Source: Candidatus Limnocylindrales bacterium (GTDB lineage: Bacteria > Chloroflexota > Limnocylindria > Limnocylindrales > CSP1-4). Taken from it: a stretch of 64,000 bases of DNA. The DNA lies in contig JBMFSS010000002.1 in assembly GCA_049967415.1 (NCBI GenBank), positions 87,717 through 151,716 on the forward strand, read 5' to 3'. The first letter of the stretch is position 1, and each line of letters begins with the position of its first letter. Below, piece by piece: positions 57,270-64,000 of this stretch. Under the pieces are notes generated by a model that saw only the letters and a list, made by a program, of their open reading frames with translations, did not search any database and was not told the DNA's origin. Position numbers and translations under genes: made by a program.

Positions 57270-58598
57270 GTGAGCCGTCAGCGTGTCGTGATCATGGGAG
57301 CCGCCGGGCGCGACTTCCATGACTTCAACGTCGCCTATCGCAACGATCCGGAGGTGGAGGTGGTGGCGTTCACCGCCACCCAGATCCCGGGCATCGCCGA
57401 CCGGCGCTATCCACCGGAACTGGCCGGGGAGCTCTACCCCAACGGCATCCCGATCGTGCCCGAGGATGCGCTCGACCGGGTCATCCGGGACGAGCGGGTC
57501 GATACCGTGGTCTTCGCCTACAGCGACGTGTCGCATGAGCACGTGATGCACAGCGCGTCGCGTGCGTTGGCCCAAGGGGCCGACTTCGTGCTCCTGGGTC
57601 CGGCTCGAACCATGATCGAGAGCAGCCGGCCGGTGATCGCCGTGTGCGCGGTTCGCACCGGTTCGGGCAAGAGCCAGACCACGCGCCGCGTCGCGACGAT
57701 CCTGGACGAGCTGGGGCTCCGGCCCGTGGTGATCCGGCACCCCATGCCCTACGGGGACCTGGCCGCGCAGAAGGTCCAGCGCTATGCCGAGTACGCCGAC
57801 CTGGACCGCTACGAGACCACCATCGAGGAGCGCGAGGAGTACGAGCCGCACCTCGACGCGGGGCACGTCGTCTATGCCGGCGTGGACTACGGCGCCATCC
57901 TGCGCCAGGCGGAGCAGGAGGCCGACGTCATCCTCTGGGATGGCGGCAACAATGACTTCAGCTTCTACCGACCCGACCTGACGATCGTGGTGGCCGACCC
58001 GCTCCGCGCTGGCGACGAGCTCCGGTACCACCCCGGCGAGACCAACCTGCGCCTGGCTGACGTGATCGTGGTCAACAAGATCGATTCGGCGAGCCCGGAG
58101 CAGCTGGCCCTGCTCCGCGAGCACATCGGCCAGGTGAACCCGCACGCCGCGCTCATCGAGGCGCGTTCCCGGCTGGAGCTGGTGGGCGGTGAGATCGAGG
58201 GCAAGCGTGTGGTGGTGGTCGAGGATGGGCCCACCCTCACGCACGGCGGCATGACCTACGGCGCCGGGATCGTGGCCGCGCGACGCTTCGGTGCGCAGCT
58301 CGTGGAGCCGGCCCCGTACGCAGTCGGCAGCATCCTGGCCACGCTGCAGCGATACCCGGCGCTCCAGCCGCTGCTGCCGGCCATGGGCTATGGCGAGCAG
58401 CAGATCCACGAGCTCCAGGAGACGCTGAACGCGGTGCCCGCGGACCTGGTGCTCGCGGCCACGCCGATCGACCTGCGTCGCGTCCTGACCCTGAACAAGC
58501 CCATCGTGCGCGTCCGCTACGAACTCGACGAGGCGAGCGGCCCGTCGCTGCGCGGGCTCGTGGAGCAGGCGGTTCGCCGGGCGCCCACCAGGTCCTGA
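57270..58598 (+). CDS. P-loop protein resembling the cyclic 2,3-diphosphoglycerate synthetase (cPGS) family
   Basis: GTG start; VVIMGAAGRDFHDFNVAYRNDPEVEVVAF (N-terminal Rossmann-like segment) ...AVCAVRTGSGKSQTTRRV (Walker A). 442 aa. The family assignment comes from recalled architecture, not an alignment. Confidence 0.5.
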   Translation: MSRQRVVIMGAAGRDFHDFNVAYRNDPEVEVVAFTATQIPGIADRRYPPELAGELYPNGIPIVPEDALDRVIRDERVDTVVFAYSDVSHEHVMHSASRALAQGADFVLLGPARTMIESSRPVIAVCAVRTGSGKSQTTRRVATILDELGLRPVVIRHPMPYGDLAAQKVQRYAEYADLDRYETTIEEREEYEPHLDAGHVVYAGVDYGAILRQAEQEADVILWDGGNNDFSFYRPDLTIVVADPLRAGDELRYHPGETNLRLADVIVVNKIDSASPEQLALLREHIGQVNPHAALIEARSRLELVGGEIEGKRVVVVEDGPTLTHGGMTYGAGIVAARRFGAQLVEPAPYAVGSILATLQRYPALQPLLPAMGYGEQQIHELQETLNAVPADLVLAATPIDLRRVLTLNKPIVRVRYELDEASGPSLRGLVEQAVRRAPTRS

Positions 58599-58687
58599 AC
58601 AGGCCCCGGGCCGCTGCGCCCCGAGATCCCGTGGAGGGCCGGCCGGCCGGCCCTCCACGCAGCGTCACGGAACAGGAGGTATGTCGA

Positions 58688-59683
58688 ATGCCCGGATCCA
58701 CTGACCCGGTCGCACCGGGGGCACCCGCCCCGGCCGCTGGCCAGACACGCCACTATCTGACGGTTGCGTCGTTGTCGCCCCAGGAGTTCGCCCGCCTGCT
58801 CTCCCTGTCGCGCCGGATGAAGGAGACGCCGGCGGCGTGGCGGCAGGCCATCCCGGCCGGCAAGCTGGCGATGATCTTTGACAAGCCGTCGACCCGGACT
58901 CGGGTCAGCTTCGAGGCGGCTGCAGTGAACCTGGGGATGCATCCCCTGATGCTGCGTCCCGACGAACTGCAGATCGGGCGGGGCGAGCCGCCGCAGGACA
59001 CCGCGCGCGTCCTCTCCCGCCTGGTGGACGCCATCGCCTGGCGGACCTTCTCGCACGAGCGGCTCGAGGCGTTTGCTTCGTACTGCACGATCCCGGTGGT
59101 CAACGCGCTGACTGACACCCACCACCCCTGCCAGGCGCTGGCGGACCTGATGACCATCGAGGAGTCAATCGGCTCCCTGCCCGGGCGCCGGCTCGCCTAT
59201 GTCGGCGACGGCAACAACGTCGCGCACTCCCTCATCGAGGCCGGGGCGCTGGCGGGCCTGCACGTGGTGCTCGCCACGCCCGAGGGGTACGAGCCCGATG
59301 GCTCCATCGTGGCCGCCGCGCGTGAACGCGGCCGCCAGACCGGCGCCAGCGTCGAGATCGTGCGCGACCCGGCCGAGGCCGTGCGGGAGGCGGATGCCGT
59401 GTACACGGACGTGTGGACGTCCATGGGCGAGGAGCAGGAGCGCGAGGCGCGCCGGCAGGCGTTCCGTGGCTACGTGGTGAGCCCGGCGCTGATGGCCCTG
59501 GCCGCGCCGCACGCGATCTTCCTGCACTGCCTGCCGGCCCACCGGGGGGAGGAGGTCGAGGAAGCGGTCATCGAAGGGCCGCGCTCGCGGGTCTGGGACG
59601 AGGCCGAGAACCGGCTCTGGACGGAGCAGGCCGTCCTCTATGCGCTGCTGACCGGCGACTGGCGCGGCGATCGGATCGGCTGA
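58688..59683 (+). CDS. argF: Ornithine carbamoyltransferase
   Basis: STRTRVSFE (carbamoyl-phosphate binding), HPCQ and HCLP motifs. AGGAGG lies 8 nt upstream of the ATG. Confidence 0.9.
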   Translation: MPGSTDPVAPGAPAPAAGQTRHYLTVASLSPQEFARLLSLSRRMKETPAAWRQAIPAGKLAMIFDKPSTRTRVSFEAAAVNLGMHPLMLRPDELQIGRGEPPQDTARVLSRLVDAIAWRTFSHERLEAFASYCTIPVVNALTDTHHPCQALADLMTIEESIGSLPGRRLAYVGDGNNVAHSLIEAGALAGLHVVLATPEGYEPDGSIVAAARERGRQTGASVEIVRDPAEAVREADAVYTDVWTSMGEEQEREARRQAFRGYVVSPALMALAAPHAIFLHCLPAHRGEEVEEAVIEGPRSRVWDEAENRLWTEQAVLYALLTGDWRGDRIG

Positions 59684-59776
59684 GGCAGGCTCGCAAGCGG
59701 CGCCTGCACCGGCGACCCCACGCGCTGCCGCGTGGCCTGAGCCGTGCCGCGGAGCTGACTCGGGCAAATTGCCCGG

Positions 59777-60262
59777 TCACTCCTCCTCGGCGTGCGCCTC
59801 GATGCCGTTCTCCGCGTCCAGGAACGGCAGGATCACTCGTTCCTCCTGCTCGAAGTGCGCGCTCATGAGGGCGTGGAGCCCGTACAGTCGCGCGCGCAGG
59901 TCCACCAGCTGGCGGTGCGAGGGCTCCCGCCGCAGGGCCAGCCAGTCGGCCTCCAGCCGTTCCACGAACTGCCGGATCTGCTGGTGTTGCAGCCGCAGCA
60001 GCCGCGTGGCCCACGGGGTGCCGGCCAGGCGGTCCATCTCCGGGTAGCAGAAGTTGTCCTCCCAGTCGAGATGCGGGAGGAGCGTCTTCTCAACCGAGTC
60101 GAGCAGGCTGCGCAGCGCGCTTGCAAGGTCGCGGGCCGCGAGGTTCCCGGCCATCTCGGCGGTCGCCTCGATGCGAGTGACGACGTGCTCCATCTCCCGG
60201 TGTTCGTGGCCCAGGATGCGGCGCTCGATCGCCACGCCTTGCCGCTGTGATGTGGCCATGCC
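59777..60262 (-). CDS. Hemerythrin HHE cation-binding domain protein
   Basis: Multiple H/E ligands in a four-helix pattern (HEHREMEH...HLDWEDNFCYPE...HALMSAHFEQEE). Starts at MATSQRQG. Confidence 0.7.
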   Translation of the reverse strand, partial: GMATSQRQGVAIERRILGHEHREMEHVVTRIEATAEMAGNLAARDLASALRSLLDSVEKTLLPHLDWEDNFCYPEMDRLAGTPWATRLLRLQHQQIRQFVERLEADWLALRREPSHRQLVDLRARLYGLHALMSAHFEQEERVILPFLDAENGIEAHAEEE

Positions 60263-60449
60263 AGCCTCCCTGGGACGCTCTACTCGTCCGCTATCGAGTC
60301 TCCGGGCCGGAACGGCCGCCGGCCAGTGCCCTCTGTCCCTGATTGGGGGGCGCGATGCCACGTGGCGATCTCTCCTCTCCCGGTGGGCGCGCAGCTCGGC
60401 GCAGGGACCACTCGCCGGCGCCCTGCGGCCGGGCTGGTAGGCTGATCCC

Positions 60450-62834
60450 ATGGCTCAGGCGCGCGAGGAGGCCCGCATCGGGCGGCGACTCGAGGTTTCC
60501 GGGATCGTGCAGGCGGTGGGGTTCCGGCCCTTTGTCTATCGGCTTGCCCGTGAGCTTGCGCTGGACGGGCGGGTGCGCAACGCCGCTGGACGGGTCGAGA
60601 TCGAGGCCGCGGGCACCCTGTCGCAGCTGGACGCCTTCGCCCATCGCCTGGTCGCCGATGCGCCGCCGCGCGCCCGGGTCGAGCTGCTCACCGCGCAGCC
60701 GCTCCCGGATGGTGCGATGCCTGCGCCGGGGAGCGGCTTCGCGATCCTGGAAAGCGTCGCCGCGGTCTCGGCCGAACGTCTCTTTCCGCCGGACATCGCG
60801 ACCTGCGACGACTGCCTGCGTGAACTGTTTGACCCGCAGGACCGCCGCTACCGCTACCCCTTCATCAACTGCACGAACTGCGGGCCGCGCGCCACCATCA
60901 TCGAGGACCTGCCCTACGATCGCCCGCGCACGTCCATGCGGGCGTTCCCGCTCTGCCCGGATTGCGAGGCCGAGTACCGCGATCCCGGGAATCGCCGGTT
61001 CCACGCGGAACCGGTCGCCTGCCCCAGCTGCGGGCCGCAGCTCGTCTACCGACGGTCCGGTGATCCGGCTCCGGGGGCGGTCCGCGAGGCCGCGCTCCAG
61101 GCCGCGATCGCAGACCTTGCCGCCGGCCGCATCGTGGCGGTCAAGGGGTTGGGCGGCTACCACCTCGCCTGCGACGCGACCAACGCCAGCGCCGTGGCCC
61201 GGTTGCGAGACCGCAAGCAGCGCTGGGCCAAGCCGTTCGCGGTCATGGTTCGGGACCTGGCCGCGGCGCGGGCGGTGGCACGGGTCACCGACGATGAGGC
61301 GGGGCTGCTCACCTCGCCGGCCCGCCCGATCGTGCTGCTCGAGCGGCGGGCTCCATCGCCCGGGGCCGCGGACGTCCTGGCCGACGGCGTGGCCAACGGT
61401 GACCGGCGGGTGGGTCTCTTCCTGCCCTACACGCCGCTGCACCACCTGCTGCTCGATGGTTTCCCGCGGCCCATCGTGTTGACCAGCGGCAACCTGTCCG
61501 ACGAACCGCTGGTCACCGACGACGCGGAGGCGCTGGTCCGCCTGGGTGCGATCGCGGACGCGTTCCTCCAGCACGACCGCGAGATTCGTGCCCGCTACGA
61601 CGACTCGGTGACGAGGGTCGTGGCCGGCCGCGAATCCATCCTGCGCCGAGGGCGCGGCTACGCTCCCGATCCGCTGGACCTCCCCGTCGCGGCGCCCTGG
61701 CCGCTCCTGGCCGTGGGCGCCGAGCTGAAACACACGTTCACGCTCGCCTCGGGACGCCGTGCCTACGTCGCGCCGCACACGGGGGACCTGGAGGATCTGC
61801 TGACCTTCCGCGCCTTCGAGGGAAACCTGGCGCACCTTGGACGGCTGCTGGCACTGGAGCCGCAGATCGCCGCCCATGATCTGCACCCCGCCTACCTGTC
61901 CACCCAGTACGCCGTCCGGCACTTTCCCGCCGCGCGGCGCGTGGGCGTGCAGCACCACCATGCGCACCTGGCGTCCTGCGCCGCGGAGGCCGGGCTGCGC
62001 GGCCCGTTCCTGGGCGTCGTCTACGACGGGCTGGGGATGGGGGACGATGGCACCTTCTGGGGCGGCGAGGTCATGGTCGCTGACCTGGCGGCCTACCGGC
62101 GCGTGGCGCGGTTCGCGCTGGCGCCGCTGCCCGGGGGCGCGCTGGCCGTGCAGAAGCCCTACCGCATGGCACTTGGCTACCTGTTCGGGCTGGAGCAGGA
62201 TGACGTGACCATGCGTCCCGACTTTCCCGCCGCGACTCCCCGTCAACTGGCCGACCTTGCCGGCGCGTTCCTGGATCGACTGGTGCCCAGGGAGGTCGCG
62301 ATCGTGCGGACCCAGGTGGCCCGGCGGCTCAACACCCCGCTGGCGTCGAGCGCCGGGAGGCTCTTTGACGCAGTGAGCAGCCTGCTGGGAATCCGTGACG
62401 TGTCCGAGTACGAGGGGCAGGCGGCCGTGGAGCTGGAGGCCCGCGCCGACTTCGGCATCCGGGCCGGGCCGCTGCCGTACCGGCTGGCCAGCCGGGGCGA
62501 GCTGCTGGTGTACGACCCCGCGCCTACCCTGGCTGCTCTGCTGGAGGCACGGACGGCCGGCGTTCCCGCCGCGACCCTGGCGGCGCGTTTCCATGAGACC
62601 ATCGCCGAGCTCACCCGGGAACTCTGCGCCGCGGGGCGCCGGGCCAGCGGGCTCCGGACCGTGTGCCTGTCGGGCGGCGTGTTTCAGAACCAGTGGCTGG
62701 CCGAAGCCCTGCTTGCGCGGCTCACCGCGGACGGGTTCGAGCCGTTCATCAACCGCCGCGTCCCGGTGAACGACGGCGGGATCAGCTACGGGCAGGCCGC
62801 GGTCGCTGCTGCGCGCCTCGCCGCGGGAGCGTAG
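60450..62834 (+). CDS. hypF: [NiFe]-hydrogenase maturation carbamoyltransferase HypF
   Basis: Acylphosphatase domain (RRLEVSGIVQAVGFRPFVYRLA), two CxxC-x18-CxxC zinc fingers (CDDCLREL...CTNCGPR; CPDCEAEY...CPSCGP), YrdC-like and Kae1-like domains. Confidence 0.93.
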   Translation: MAQAREEARIGRRLEVSGIVQAVGFRPFVYRLARELALDGRVRNAAGRVEIEAAGTLSQLDAFAHRLVADAPPRARVELLTAQPLPDGAMPAPGSGFAILESVAAVSAERLFPPDIATCDDCLRELFDPQDRRYRYPFINCTNCGPRATIIEDLPYDRPRTSMRAFPLCPDCEAEYRDPGNRRFHAEPVACPSCGPQLVYRRSGDPAPGAVREAALQAAIADLAAGRIVAVKGLGGYHLACDATNASAVARLRDRKQRWAKPFAVMVRDLAAARAVARVTDDEAGLLTSPARPIVLLERRAPSPGAADVLADGVANGDRRVGLFLPYTPLHHLLLDGFPRPIVLTSGNLSDEPLVTDDAEALVRLGAIADAFLQHDREIRARYDDSVTRVVAGRESILRRGRGYAPDPLDLPVAAPWPLLAVGAELKHTFTLASGRRAYVAPHTGDLEDLLTFRAFEGNLAHLGRLLALEPQIAAHDLHPAYLSTQYAVRHFPAARRVGVQHHHAHLASCAAEAGLRGPFLGVVYDGLGMGDDGTFWGGEVMVADLAAYRRVARFALAPLPGGALAVQKPYRMALGYLFGLEQDDVTMRPDFPAATPRQLADLAGAFLDRLVPREVAIVRTQVARRLNTPLASSAGRLFDAVSSLLGIRDVSEYEGQAAVELEARADFGIRAGPLPYRLASRGELLVYDPAPTLAALLEARTAGVPAATLAARFHETIAELTRELCAAGRRASGLRTVCLSGGVFQNQWLAEALLARLTADGFEPFINRRVPVNDGGISYGQAAVAAARLAAGA

Positions 62835-62849
62835 AGGAGGCAATCCGCC

Positions 62850-63188
62850 GTGTGTCTGGGCATCCCGGGGAAGGTGATCGAGATCCGCGACGAGGGCGGG
62901 CTCGCCATGGGGCGCGTCGACTTCGGGGGCGTGCGCAAGGAGGCCTGCCTGGCGTACGTGCCGGAGGTCACGGTTGGCGACTACGTCATCGTGCACGTGG
63001 GCTTCGCCATCAGCACCGTTGACGAGGAGGAGGCGCTTCGGACGCTGGAGCTGCTGGACCAGATGGGCGACCTGGTGGACCAGGAACTCGCCACCATGGG
63101 CCCGGGCATGGACGCGCCCGCGGTGGTCGACCTGGGTCCGGGAGGGGCCGCCCTCGCGAGTGGCGGCCTCGGGCAGGGGCAGCCGTGA
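62850..63188 (+). CDS. hypC: [NiFe]-hydrogenase maturation factor HypC
   Basis: [12 protein letters not shown] (GTG start; the essential Cys2 is present). GGAGG lies 8 nt upstream. Confidence 0.9.
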   Translation: MCLGIPGKVIEIRDEGGLAMGRVDFGGVRKEACLAYVPEVTVGDYVIVHVGFAISTVDEEEALRTLELLDQMGDLVDQELATMGPGMDAPAVVDLGPGGAALASGGLGQGQP

Positions 63189-64000
63189 AGTACGTTGACG
63201 AGTTCCGCGACGGGCGCAAGGCGCAGACCCTGGTCCACGAGATTCACCGGATCACGACGCGCCCCTGGACCATCATGGAGGTCTGCGGCGGCCAGACCCA
63301 CACGATCGTGAAGCAGGGGATCGACGAGATGCTCCCTGCCGGCGTGCGCATGATCCATGGGCCCGGCTGCCCGGTATGCGTCACGCCGCTGGAGCAGGTC
63401 GACAAGGCGCTGGCGATCGCCGCCGACCCGAACGTGATCTTCACCAGCTACGGCGACATGCTGCGCGTCCCGGGCTCGACCACGGACCTGCTGGCGCTGC
63501 GGGCACGGGGGGCGGACGTGCGGACCGTCTACTCGCCGCTGGACGCGGTGCGCCTCGCGCGCGAACACCCGGATCGCCAGGTGGTCTTCTTTGCGATCGG
63601 CTTCGAGACCACCGCACCGGCCAACGCGATGGCGGTCTGGCAGGCGGCGGAGCAGGGGATCGAGAACTTCAGCGTGCTGGTCAGTCACGTGCTGGTACCG
63701 CCCGCCATGGAGGCGATTCTGGAATCGCCCTCCAATCTGGTCCAGTCCTTCCTGGCCGCCGGGCACGTCTGCGCCGTGATGGGCTGGACCGAGTACGAGC
63801 CGATTGCGGCCAAGTACCACGTGCCGATTGTGGTGACCGGCTTCGAGCCGCTCGACCTCCTCGAAGGGATGCTGATGGCGATCCGCCAGCTGGAAGAGGG
63901 CCGCGCGGAGGTTGAGAACCAGTACGCGCGGGCCGTGCGCCGCGAGGGCAACCGGCTCGCCCAGGAGACCGTCTTTCGCGTCTTCGAGATCGGCGACCGG
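63185..64000 (+). CDS. hypD: [NiFe]-hydrogenase maturation factor HypD (3'-partial)
   Basis: GTG start overlapping the hypC stop (GTGA); [14 protein letters not shown] and FEPLD motifs. It runs off the window end and so is not in the ORF track. Confidence 0.88.
   Translation, partial: MKYVDEFRDGRKAQTLVHEIHRITTRPWTIMEVCGGQTHTIVKQGIDEMLPAGVRMIHGPGCPVCVTPLEQVDKALAIAADPNVIFTSYGDMLRVPGSTTDLLALRARGADVRTVYSPLDAVRLAREHPDRQVVFFAIGFETTAPANAMAVWQAAEQGIENFSVLVSHVLVPPAMEAILESPSNLVQSFLAAGHVCAVMGWTEYEPIAAKYHVPIVVTGFEPLDLLEGMLMAIRQLEEGRAEVENQYARAVRREGNRLAQETVFRVFEIGDR

Overview
This is a very GC-rich (~70%) bacterial chromosomal segment, probably from a Gram-positive lineage (Actinobacteria or Chloroflexi-like). 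That guess rests on long-form HisG, an IMPase-type HisN, nickel SOD with its SodX protease, an F420-type LLM oxidoreductase, and ArsA-HSP20. It is densely packed with core metabolic genes, most of them on the minus strand and joined by 4-nt ATGA/GTGA start-stop overlaps.

From start to end the window contains:
- a purine block, purN(-purH)/purB/purA;
- a near-complete histidine operon, yerC-like/hisG/D/C/B/H/F/IE, with hisA transcribed divergently and an IMPase-family hisN-like gene about 6 kb away;
- a lysine/DAP block, dapB/dapA/dapD/lysA;
- a LysE-family exporter;
- a PAS-GAF-GGDEF sensor;
- an unassigned 491-aa polytopic membrane protein translationally coupled to heme O synthase;
- an FMN reductase;
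- an ArsA-family ATPase with an HSP20-like C-terminal domain and a coupled small ORF, both apparently frameshifted;
- aldose 1-epimerase;
- an AmmeMemoRadiSam pair (MEMO-like plus radical SAM) preceded by a zinc-finger thioredoxin;
- ctpA, tatA, xthA and osmC;
- an ACT-domain protein and an ArsC/Spx-family protein;
- two LysM proteins;
- an F420-type LLM oxidoreductase;
- nickel SOD sodN with its maturation protease sodX;
- an ABC-2 exporter pair;
- the metH(Hcy-domain)-metF fusion;
- a holin-family membrane protein;
- DUF885 and a CMK-like protein;
- an alpha-glucan cluster (two GH57 enzymes, glgP, glgA);
- an M3 peptidase;
- a cPGS-like P-loop protein next to argF;
- a hemerythrin;
- the start of a [NiFe]-hydrogenase maturation cluster, hypF/hypC/hypD.

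I see no rRNA, tRNA, CRISPR array, transposase or integrase. The many long ORFs in the track that run antisense to these genes are artefacts of the high GC content.
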